A stretch of DNA of 64,000 nt, taken from positions 124,001 to 188,000 of the forward strand of contig NIVC01000346.1 of the NCBI GenBank assembly GCA_002269645.1. Reading direction: 5' to 3'. Below the pieces are notes generated by a model. That model saw only the letters and a list, made by a program, of their open reading frames with translations, was not told the origin of the DNA and did no database searches. The DNA is from Macrostomum lignano (lineage: Eukaryota). Both the position numbers and the translations under genes were made by a program. Of the stretch, positions 43,558-58,933 are shown piece by piece. Positions within the stretch are counted from its first letter, which is position 1, and every line of letters begins with the position of its first letter.

Positions 43558-44869
43558 TTATCGGTTCCATTTTTTCCTGTCGCACCAACGGCCGAATCCC
43601 TGAAGCTGAAGGCGATTGAGTTGCCCTTGAACAATTGCAAAGCATTCTAACCATCCCTTGATGAAGTTGTAGTTGGCATTTGGTCTCACTCCGAATCGTA
43701 GGCATTGAAAAGTTTCAGCACTGGTGTTGAGATCAAGGTTGTGACTTCGCTTCTTCATTTGAGTCACATTTCCATGCGCGTACAATAAGCTGCAGGCATT
43801 CGGAAATTTGCAGTGCAAAGCCAAGGTTTATATCAGCAGCTTCATTTAAAGGACTTAGAGAAAACGCACCAGGGCTGCTGACGTAGTTGTAGTAGCCTTC
43901 TAAGTTGGGTGGATGGTAACGGAAAACGGCACGGGTGTCTCTGCGTACCAGCATAGCATTGCCAACACGTTGAGCAGTGAAACATTTTGTAAACAGATTG
44001 CACAGTGTCGCTGAAAAATGAAAATGAAAGAAAACATAAGGCTATAGTTATGGTGATAGTAGAATTAAGGATTGACATATGCAGCTATTGAAACTTACTT
44101 CTTGTGTAAAAATAGTCTGGCTCGAATGAACACCGTCACGTTGGGCTCGGGCACAAACAGGTCCTCGATTCCTCGATGAAGGAGCCAGACTCTCCCGTCA
44201 CGAACGCGCCCGCAGACCGGTTGAGCACAGCCGACACGAGCACCGGAGTGTGCGGATTCCGGTGCACAGGCGCCAGGTTGAACGAGCCCACACGGAAGTG
44301 GTACAGAATCCGCAGCGAGCTCACCGCGATGCTGCTGGGCAGGTCGGTCGTGTGAGCTGCAATTCGATAACGATGTAACGATATCAGCACACCGGTGCAT
44401 GCATGGACTCGCCAGTGAGTGAACTGGGCACAGCTGCAGTCACACACTGCATGGGCACAGCTGCAATGCACACACTCATGCATGCTCAGGCCTGACAGAA
44501 TGACTTCTCACCCTGCTTGAACTTTGCCAGCCTCCGCCTGTTCACAAACGAGTCGCACTGGCCGTGTCCGTACAGCCATGCAGTGCGGAAAGCCTCGGCA
44601 GTCGCCAGCAGACACCAGCGATGCTCAGCGACCATGCTGGCAGCTGCACAGCTCTCTGTCGTGTGGCAGCTAAGCACGCAGACAGCGATGCTGCGGTCAG
44701 GCAGTTGATGAGGCTCCAGCTTCCACACTCCATCAGTGGGCAGGTCGTCAGGCGGACAGGCGACCAGTCTGTCGTAGTCGGTGAGCCCCACGATGGACGC
44801 TGACGAGACGGCGATGAGGCAGCAGAGGAGCACGAGAGTAAAATACTGTTTTGCGGCTTCTATAGACAT
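43558..44869 (-). pseudogene. Secreted PAN/apple + LamG/pentraxin-like protein, frameshifted copy; exons 44869-44512, 44356-44099, 44010-43558
   Basis: Signal peptide and PAN cysteines as in the 55329 copy. A 16-nt deletion in exon 2 gives a premature stop. Exon 3 homology passes through three frames (DTVQSVYKMFHCSTC / GNAMLVRRDTRAVFRY...GFAL / CKFPNAC...FQCLRFG...KGWLECF). Confidence 0.75.
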
Positions 44870-45515
44870 CAGTTGGTCTCAGCAATGTTAGATTTTTACC
44901 TGAAACTGACTTGTCGCCTGAAACCAGCGCTGAAAAACAACTTTAAAATCAGCTACTTGTAGGTTGCGACAGATTTTATATATGCACAAATTTTTAAGAC
45001 TCTGATAGGCCCTATTCCTTCTCGACCAGTCATGTAATCCACTGTGTAATGGACTTCATCACACCTTCCTTGCCACCAACTGGACAATAGAAATGTAAGT
45101 CAGTTGTTCGTCTTAAAAAGTGCATTTAGAAGAATTTAGTTGCATAGATCGGCTTAGTTATCAACTTGACTGACTTTTTTCCCTTTCAAGGGAACCTCGA
45201 TGTGCAAAAGGGACAAAGCCTAATTTTATTTGTCTATGGTCGCAAAGTCAGCGTTCGTGGCTGGCTGATTTTCCTCAAGAGTTCAACCATAGACAGCTTG
45301 ACAGGCAAGCTACAATTGTGTCTCGCGCAGAAACTTTGTTTTAGTATAGATACCTATTTTCCCATAGAAATCTAATACACTCCATGATGTTGGCCATAGA
45401 CAATAGGTTAGCCGGAAATTTCTGTTGCAGAATCAAGCCTTAAGCGAAACTGACTGACAAATTTGCTAACGGACTAACTTGTTTCTTCGCATCATACCAA
45501 GTCAGCAAGTAAAAA

Positions 45516-48500
45516 ATGACTCAACTTATTGTTCTCAGACTAGTAAATAAGATTTTCATCTGCTTACTATTACTAAATTGTACAGCAACCGCTACAAAGG
45601 AGGTCAAAATTTCCGACGAACGTGCATTAAATGCTATGCTGGCTTTCTTTGCCCTTGAGCGCCAAAGAATTGACGTGCCTTTGTCGGACCTCCCAGACGG
45701 GCATTCAGTGGAGGACCGTGTGCTAAGTGGCTTGGCCTATGTGCCCTTAGCTGACCAGCCAATTCACGCCCTGTACGCTAGAGAAGGATTTCCAGACTTA
45801 AAGCGCATGTTCAGTGCCCCAGTTGTTCGTGACGGGTCAAGAACTTATCCAGCGATTCCCAGTCTGGACGCCAAGCGGAACAAAATCTACTTTCGGGTCT
45901 TTGGTAAGTTTTCCCAAAATTATTGATTACGATACTTAAGTATATACATACTCACGGGTAGGGTTGTAGACGCAACACTATCAGGGGCCGATTTCATGAA
46001 GCAAGTACAAGTGACAAGTACAAACGGCCACTAAAAGTTGCGGCTGCATTACGACACCAGGACGTAACTCTCCCCGTTTGAGTGCGCCTTGTTCTTGTCT
46101 AAGGGTCTATCTGCTTCTAGCGATTCTTTCGTTTTCCATCCATCACAGTTTGGAATTCGTTGGTAGCTTTGAAAGTTGCATATTTTCTTCCTAGTAACGA
46201 ATATTAGCGATTAAAAGTTCATTCAATTCAACAACCAATTTCTAGGTAATTTGCTAAAGAAGGTACCTAAAATTACAAGTTCATTGAAAAAGTATTGTCA
46301 CATCAACGAAGGTAAGTAAATTTCTACCGGGGTAATATATACCTATTTGCTTGTTTGCTGTGATTGAATTATTTACCAGATGGCCGATGAAATCTAAACT
46401 GATTGCGTGCTTGTTTCAGTTGAGTCACAGCGAATCTAGTTTGTGCATCAGTTTGAGTCACATTGAATCCAGTGTGAGTCGTGCCCAAGGGATAGACTAG
46501 TGTGTGTGTAACAACAAACAACTTCAGGTCACTCATGTACCTTTGCTGCCGGCGACGCAATCATATCCTGTGAATTAGTGTCGCATTCGAAGTCGCCAAC
46601 TGAATTGATCGACATGTTCGGATATCTGGCCTTGCGTCTCGTTGGGGTGAGACAAACTGGTTAATCTGTCTGTCTTTAAAGTAGCATTTTACATTCTAAC
46701 TAAAGTGCTTTACACCAGACTAATTGACACTCTTACGCTCGTATATCAAAAATATTCCATTTTTTGGGGATGGAAGTACCCGCAGTACCTTCAGTACCTT
46801 TGGGACCTTCAAGACCTTCGAGACCTTCGGGACCTTCGGGACCTTCGGGACCTTCGGGACCTTCGGGACCTTCAGGACCCTCGGGACCTTCGGGACCTTC
46901 AGGACCCTCAGGACCCTTGATTAAGTGCATGCTTAAAATTGTCTATAAAACGTAAGAGCATATTATATTTTATATGCAACACACTATGTAGTCTGCGAAC
47001 GACGTCTACATGAGATTTTACGGCGTAAAAGTCTACCAACCTGCCAAGAAGTTTAAAAGATTCGTTTTCACCTACGAAGACGAGCGCAATCACCCAAGGA
47101 TTCTCTGGCCAGCCTGGGTTAATCTCTACTTGTTCTTCCGAAACAGCTACCAGGTCTGCCTGGAAGCTAAAAGATGCGGGTATAAAACTGACGATGACTG
47201 CGCGAACTTTTTCAGCAACGTTAACCAATTATCGCTGACGTACGCTTATTTTGTGTGCCGAATTTTGTCAGGCAGCGCTTCGGACAGTCTGTGCCCTAAT
47301 ATTTGCCGGTTCGATCCTTGTGCCACCATACATCATGCTATTAAAGGTGAATTACTGGGGCTTCTTTATCACAGACACCCGAATACTTTACCAGATACCC
47401 GAATACTTTACCAGACACGGGAATACATTACCAGACACCCGAATACTTTACCAGACACGGGAATACATTACCAGACACCCGAATACTTTACCAGACACCC
47501 GAATACTTTACCAGACATGGTAATACTTTATCAGACACCCGAATACTTTACCACACACCCGAATAGTTTACCAGACACGGGAATACACTAACAGACACGG
47601 GAATACTCTACCAGACACGGGAATACTTGACCGGACACCCGAATACTTTACCAGACACGCGAGTACTTTACCAGACACGGGAATACTTTACTTATAGATA
47701 CCTGCCATTTATCATGCGCGCTCTCTCTGCAGGCACCTGCTATCCAATCAGCTTGAAAATACACCGGCATGATTATTTCTGCTTTTGCGAAGAGGGCTAC
47801 AGGTGGGAGGCAAAAGACACAAGAGATTCCATTGGAGTCTGGCGAACTGGAAGGTGCGACCATTCTGTATTTGAAGCATAGAAGAATGACAATCCTCTAG
47901 ACTCGTAACAACAAAGATAACAAAGACTTATTTAACCCGTTCAGTAGACAGTAAGTAGATTTATTTATCTGCATTTTAAAAATGTTTATCTTTCAGGTGC
48001 ATTTCCATGAAGCCCATGTCATCAGACACGGAGGCCTGTACCCCACTAGAGATGGAAACGTTTTGCAATCGAGACGGCACTGCATCTTGCACAGTTATGC
48101 GTGCTACTTACAACCGTAGGGCCGTATGCATTTGCAAAACGGGCTATGGAAATCTGGACTGTAGCTATAAGTTCAGAGACGCCTGCGATGCACACGAATT
48201 TAAGGGCCTATTGCTCTGCAGGAGCCACGAAAAAGTCGGCAAATGCAAACCCTATGGGACAGGTCCAATTTCAGGACCGAAGCTCAATCTAAGGTAGACT
48301 TAATGAACATTTTGTTGACAGCTGAGTGTCTTGTTAAATACCTGGGTGTCTAGTTAAGCCACAGAGTACCACAGAATGCTCAACCGACTAGTATAATAGA
48401 ATGTGTATCTAATTAAAACACCATAGATGCAACGTTTCCTGTGATGATTTATAATTGTCGTAACTACTCGTAATATATAACATCAAAGTAGTAGAGTTGA

Positions 48501-50567
48501 CTGCTTGTAGAGCAGTCGATTCATATTGTTTTCATACAAAATATTAAAGCAGTACAGTTTACTTTCTCCTGAGCAAACAACGTGAACGATTGTCAGAAAA
48601 CTTAAGTGGCAAGCTCTTGTGGTGCTTATAAATTAATAATGGATTCTACTGTATACCAAACAATTTAACCTAAGATCACGTGGCTCTTTGCTGATCTATA
48701 ATTATTCAAAAATACAAAACAATTAAAATCACAAGCCCATGCCAGTGATAATAGTCTATGGTGATTCTTCTCCCTACTACTTTCCCACAGCTTCACAGGA
48801 AGAGTAGTACAAAGCGAAAAGAATTCAAAAAATTCTCATTGAGATTTTTTCTTCGTTCTGGGGTATTCTGTGGACTAAGCAGTAACTGAATAATTTTTTG
48901 TTGTCTATATGGTTTTAGGCTTTGATAATGGATAAATAATCAGCGGTCCCAGTGCGTGACAACGATTGTCTGGCGATCGCCGGTAGGCGCGAGCTTCAGA
49001 CAAATCGTTGTCACGTGCTGCGACCGCTGATTATTTACATTGTTTTTCTATTTGACGATCCTACAGACAATGCATTTTTTGTAGTAATGGATTGTTCTGC
49101 ATTAAAAATGTGAATAATGATCGTCAAATTGCTAAACAATGACAATTAACTATTTATGCCCAAATGAAGACAAATATTTGTGTGCGTTGGTGCATTGGTT
49201 TCAGTGCGTTGGCTTCTTGATAAACGTTCGCGCAACACTTATTGCGTTGTTGCAGTTATTACTTCTTTGATTTTAATCCCGACATAGGGCTTATCAGTGT
49301 CAGTGCTTCTCCTCCAAGTACATTCGATGGGTCGGAAAAACAGGCGAAGAATGCCGGCAGTGGATACCCAGCCTGTGGCACGACAGAAGCCAGCGCTGCG
49401 GCTACGACTTCTTACTAGCCAGACCTGACATGCTGGTCAAGCACTGCAACCAGATCGGCTGCACCGAGGCCTCGATTCGCAGCTACATAGCCGACTTGGA
49501 GGCAGCTGGTCACGCCTGCGGCGGTCTCGGCTCCTGCAGTCCCGGTCCATTGAACATGAGCACCGATATGCGTATGTCGGCCTATTGCCAGTGCAAGCTC
49601 GGCAAGGCTGGTAAACTTTGCGAAAGCGTTTACGCCTCTTATGTTGAGTGGACGCCATGGACCGTGTGTTACGATAAAGGACTTGGTGGGTTGTTTTCTT
49701 GTTTTATTACTACTATGTCAGCTTTTTGCATTAGCTGTTTTGTTGGAGCAAACGCATCAGTGCTCAGATGGGATCCGCGGTGATGTCAGAAAGTCGCAAT
49801 GAAAATTCCTAGCTCAGAAATTTATCGAATCAAATCACTGAAATCCCAACTGTCGGGTCAAAATATGACTTTTCAGGTTTCAGCCATCAAGGATGTTTGA
49901 CCGCTACAATGCCCAGTCTTCACTTTCTAGCTATTTTTTTATTAGAGGCAGAGGTGTTGTGTGCACCCTGGCGCACTTTAAGCGACATAGGCACACAACC
50001 GGCGAGAGGCATTGCTGCCCATTCCGCCGACTCCCCTGAGCAGGCATACAAGCGCGCTGATACGTACGCAGGCACACACTCACACAGGAGTGTACAGCGG
50101 CCCTGATTTTCTGATTTTTGTTTTCGTCCGCAAGTCTCAAATGAATGCAGCCTGTCGTGGCTCTGTTCAACTCACCTCACAAACTTGACATTGCATTGAA
50201 AGAGTAACAAAAACAATTTTCAGTGCTAGCCAAGCAGAGAGGTCGGCTCCGATTCAGGCACTGCCAAGAATTGCATCAGAAACAAGAGGGCAGCCCGCCG
50301 CTCTGCGTCAATGGCAAAACAGAACAACTGCCCTGTCCAGATGTTGCCGAGCATCTGGAGGAGACTTTGACTCATTCGGACTATGGAGTGACATCGCAGG
50401 CGGTCATATCAATGTGGCGAATCGTTGAACTATTGATCCTGACCGATCTACTGCTGGTTGGAATGCTTACAGGAGCCCTGATCTACCACAGGATCGTGTT
50501 GGGCGGGTGGGGAGTTGAAGAGCCCAAAGCTGAAAAAGAAGCTGATTCTGCACCGCAGAAAGCTTGA
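45516..50567 (+). CDS. Uncharacterised type I membrane protein: signal peptide, novel N-terminal region, several EGF-like modules, TSP1-like domain, TM, short tail; about 673 aa; exons 45516-45903, 46528-46646, 46992-47346, 47733-47853, 47997-48293, 49288-49685, 50224-50567
   Basis: All junctions are GT-AG and phase-consistent (1,0,1,2,2,1). EGF-like C-x-C-x(2-3)-G-(Y/K) motifs (FCFCEEGY, CICKTGYGNLDC, YCQCKLGKAGKLC); TSP1-like WTPWTVC...RGRLRFRHC...C...C; hydrophobic segment IVELLILTDLLLVGMLTGALIY. Confidence 0.78.
46790..46915 (+). repeat. 9-bp minisatellite GGGACCTTC (intronic)
   Basis: About 13 units. Confidence 0.9.
47375..47690 (+). repeat. 20-bp minisatellite CCAGACACCCGAATACTTTA (intronic)
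   Basis: About 15 units. Confidence 0.92.
49935..50103 (-). mobile_element. SINE-like family B, 5'-truncated copy with A-tail
   Basis: Matches 53530-53707 and 841-930; the T-run at about 49934 is the A-tail on the minus strand. Confidence 0.7.
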
Positions 50568-51042
50568 GACTTAATTTGATGAAGCTTGATGTCTAATTTA
50601 TATCTGATCGATATCTCATCAATATCTGATCGATTTCTAACCAATATCTAATCGATATCTATCCAATAACTAAGCAACAGTTACCTGTTCTCAATCTCTA
50701 ATTAATCTATTAGATCATTTGTTGCTAGTTTTTCATTGTTTACATCACCGCGAATACCGCTCACATGGAGTAGACAGATAGAAAACTTCTAACTAATGCT
50801 GCAGTCTAACTGTTTAAGCAAAAATTCGAATAAAAACGAGTTAGTTTATTGATCGCGTTTTGTTTTATTTGGCACCTGGCCTAAGCAGGAGAGTCTTAAT
50901 TGAAATTAAGCTAATTTTCGTGTGCGTTTGATAAATTTTTATGCTGTCTACTATTATTAGTCTGATAGGATTGCGAGTAATAGAAGCAAAAAGTAAATTT
51001 TCTTAAGTCCTTGGCACTAAAATTATAATAATCGTAATTTTT

Positions 51043-54644
<3,602 letters not shown>

Positions 54645-55328
54645 TGTTACTCAAACCGGAACTGTTCGGAACTAAAGCCACATCAGCTTAATCTTAAAAG
54701 CAAGAACTTCTCAACGAGCATTGTTTGAAATAGTCGTCCACTTAAGAAGCATACTAGTAGAAGTCATTCAGCTATGAATTTCAGCTGCTTGAAACACTGC
54801 GCGTTCAACATTGCCTGCTCTGTAGCCTCTGCATTGAAGTTGCAGAAACTTCTGGTGACGATTGGGGGCGCAATGTGCAGTTCTGAGCAGTCTGAGTCAC
54901 TGTGGCCCGATAATTTGCTTGTCGGACTGCTTTGAGAAGAGAATACGCTCTTACTGAGGCTACATGGGCAAATACAAAGCCCAAGTAAGACCAACCGGCA
55001 CTGGGCAGAGAGGCGTCGGGTGTTCTGCATGCATTTGCCTCTTTTCCTGTCAATTGTTAATATTTTAATCAAAATAACAGTAATCTTACTCAGCAAAATC
55101 AGTCAAAATCAGTCCTGGGTGGGTAACCAATACCTGAGATTTGTCCACCAATCAGATTTTCCGGGTTTACCAATTCCAATGCAAGGGCAATACATTCACC
55201 CTATAAGTATCTCCGCAAGTTAAAGCGGTATCGAGTTCTGATGGCCAAGATCGAGTTCCACTCCCCCTGATGAATTTCAAAAACAATAAACTTTCACAGC
55301 TTACTGAATTTTTTTAGCTCTTGCCAGC

Positions 55329-56809
55329 ATGCTAGCTTTGTTGAGCACATTTGGGCAATTATTGTGCCTCATTGCCATCGCCTCGGCGTCCATCGTGGGG
55401 CTCACCGACTACGACAGACTGGTCGCCTGTCCGTCAGACGACCTACCCGCTGATGGAGTGCGGAAGCTGGAGCTTCATCAACTGCCTGAACGCAGCATCG
55501 CTGGCTGCGTGCTGAGCTGCCACACGACAGAGAGCTGTGCAGCTGCCAGCATGGTCGCTGAGCATCGCTGGTGTCTGCTGGCGACTGCCGAGGCCTTCCT
55601 CACTGCATGGCTGCACGGACACGGCCAGTGCGACTCGTTTGTGAACAGGCGGAGGCTGGCAAAGTTCCAGCAGGGTGAGGAGTCACGAGTGAATGCAGCT
55701 GTGCCCATGCAGTGCGTGACTGCAGCTGTGCCCATGCAGTGTGTGACTGCAGCTGTGCCCATGCAGTGTGTGACTGCAGCTGTGCCCATGCAGTGCGTGA
55801 CTGCAGCTGTGCCCATGCAGTGTGTGACTGCAGCTGTGCCCATGCAGTGCGTGACTGCAGCTGTGCCCATGCAGTGTGTGACTGCAGCTGTGCCCATGCA
55901 GTGTGTGACTGCAGCTGTGCCCGTGCAGTGCGTGACTGCAGCTGTGCCCAGTTCACTCACTGGCGAGTTCATCCATGCACCGATGTGCTCGATGTTATCG
56001 AATTGCAGCTCACACGACCGACCTGCCCAGCAGCATCGCGGTGAGCTCGCTGCGGATTCTGTATCACTTCCGTGTGGGCTCGTTCAACCTGGCGCCTGTG
56101 CACCGGAATCCGCACACTCCGGTGCTCGTGTCGGCTGTGCTCAACCGGTCTGCGGGCGCGTTCGTGACGGGAGAGTCTGGCTCCTTCATCGATGTGAGCA
56201 CGGCTGACGGAATCGAGGACTTGTTTGTGCCCGAGCCCAACGTGACCGTGTTCATGCGAGCTAAGTTCGACTTCAACGGAGAGTGAGTTCCAAGGAAATG
56301 CATGTTTGAGTGTCATTCTGAACATCCCAATGAAACTGTGTTTTTTACAAAAAATGTGTAGCTGGGTTTTTGGACAAAAGGGATTGAAGTGAATTTTCTT
56401 ATTTGTGTTTCTCACACTTGTTATTGCTATGCAACTGACTAAGAAACTTGTATATAATTACAGAGAAATTTACAACTATTTCTACTACCTATTCAACTGC
56501 GAAGACTACGCATATGGTAATTACCTGGCTATGAAAAACGATGAGCGGCTCAAGATGAGCTACCAGCAATCGAATTCGACAGCTCACTGGTTTTACGAAT
56601 ATCTAAGCAAACCAAACAGCTTTCCAACCAGCACCTCGGGCGCCTATCGTGGCTTTGGATTCGTTCTGGATGCAAGCGTCACTGAGGCGAAGTTTTACAA
56701 CTCCGCTTCTGGTGGAACCTCAACCGTGGAAGTCGAGGCTTCCACTTCTGATTCCGGAATCAAAGAGGCCAATTTCAATTGCATGAGGTTCGTCTTTATG
56801 CACCAGTAA
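55329..56809 (+). CDS. Secreted PAN/apple + LamG/pentraxin-like protein, about 321 aa (C-terminus short relative to paralogues); exons 55329-55674, 56009-56282, 56464-56809
   Basis: Signal peptide; PAN-type RSIAGCVLSCHTTESCAAAS...WCLL; GT-AG introns in phases 1 and 2, identical to the 58934-61046 paralogue. Confidence 0.75.
55690..55950 (+). repeat. 27-bp intronic repeat GCAGCTGTGCCCATGCAGTGTGTGACT
   Basis: About 9-10 units here versus about 2 in the paralogous intron at 44410-44470. Confidence 0.93.
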
Positions 56810-57668
56810 ATCTTCTATCTGTGTAGCTAATTGCAAAGACAGAATGAAAAATCACAGGGCAGTCTTAACCTACACATATATACATGTATACAATTAACCA
56901 TCATAGAGTTTAGTGATTTTGTATCGTATTAACGACATATCTACGAAGGTATTAGGTACGGAAAGGCAAAGGATCCAACTACAAAATGATCTTGGTTTGT
57001 CAAATTTAGAAGTATTTTTTAAATTGGATAATATTAATACGGCATTATTATAATCGTTGCACTTTCCAAATTCAACATCCCAGAATCGGAGTGTTCGAAC
57101 CGGACGCAATCGGGCGCTGCCTTCGAGGCTTCGTCGAGTGCTTCGCCATCTTCAGCGGTCAGCTCAGTGCCGCCCAGTTCCAGCAGCTGAACGCCTGGTG
57201 CGCCAACAAGAATTCGGCTTGAAGCTGAAGAGGACACGGCAAACGTTTCAAGCTTGAAGTTTATTACCTGCGTTATTGTTGGAACTTTCATAAACGAGTC
57301 TGAATCGATCTGCGGCATGGCAACAATATGTTTGTTTATCGACTGTTCGCAATTAAAAAACCGGGATTTTTTGCGTTTTTTATTTTTTAGCTTGAACCAG
57401 CCGGATTTCCTTGCTTTCTAAAAATCAAGAGTTTAGTTTGGAAAAAAATTGAACAAAAATCTAAATCAGTTAGTGATGCATTGTTAAACTGAATCAAAAA
57501 TAAAAAGAATTGGAGGCGGTCTCTGAGTCAGACGAAAACGGAAGTTCGGATGCAGCAGTTCAAAGAAAAACAAAGCGGGAAGCAAAAAAAGTTTTTATTG
57601 CTGCTTCAACCATTGAATCGGGTTTTGTGATTAAAAAAGTCTAAATTAAATGACAAAAGTTTGATTGC

Positions 57669-58199
<531 letters not shown>

Positions 58200-58443
58200 C
58201 AGCTTATACATTAGCTGACACGAATTTTTTATTAACATTTATATTGTTGACAATAGAATATATATTTATGCTGATAATATCCTATTTTGTCAGTGTAATA
58301 GATCGTACAATATAGAAAGTAACAGACATTTGAATAAGAGTAGCTCATATTGTTATCCAATTTCAAGTCAAGCTATAAGCAAGGCTTTTAATTTTACCGA
58401 ATTTTATTCTGCTATAACAGTACCTAGAAAGTTCCTGAGGTTG

Positions 58444-58720
58444 TAACCTAGTGGTCAGAGCGTCGGACTCACAACTTGAAGGTCGGGGGTTCGATTCTTG
58501 ACTCACTCGGAACAATTAGTGTCCTTGAGCAAGACACTTAACTCTGCATTGCTTCAGTTCACCCAGCTGTAAAATGGGTGCCAGCATTAGCTGGGGTAAT
58601 TGAGGCTGTGTGTGGCGACCCCCCCCCCCCCTAGTCCATGGACTGAACAGCCGTACGCAGCCTTCAGATGCGCCGCGCAATAGCTGCGGCTGAGCTGTCG
58701 GTTGCACATCTGACCATTAG
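58444..58720 (+). mobile_element. tRNA-derived CORE-like SINE, family A (copy 2)
   Basis: Highly similar to 29032-29325 throughout. Confidence 0.85.
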
Positions 58721-58933
58721 GGCAGGTGTAATCAGTCGAAGTTTAACATCTTTATAGAAACATGCCCATGGCTACTTCACGTAATGTCTTTAAGAAGTAA
58801 ATTTTAAGAAAACATTCATATCTTGCTGCAAATATTCTAGCTGCAGCCAGCACTGTTATCCACTCTTTTAATTAATCAATCAGCTGTTCTTGTTTTTCAA
58901 ACTCTTAATCTTGATCAATTAGACGTCCTTGGC

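Noticed and set aside
46733-46930. (GPE)n collagen-like ORF
   Set aside because: It comes from a 9-bp intronic minisatellite antisense to the EGF-TSP1 gene, with no signal peptide or exon context.
54764-55096. 110-aa minus-strand ORF upstream of the CREC gene
   Set aside because: It has no recognisable motif or supported splice link and lies in a likely promoter spacer.
57215-57260. GCTTGAAG-CTGAAGA...AAACGTTTCAAGC hammerhead-like string
   Set aside because: It lacks the GAAA core and a credible stem II.
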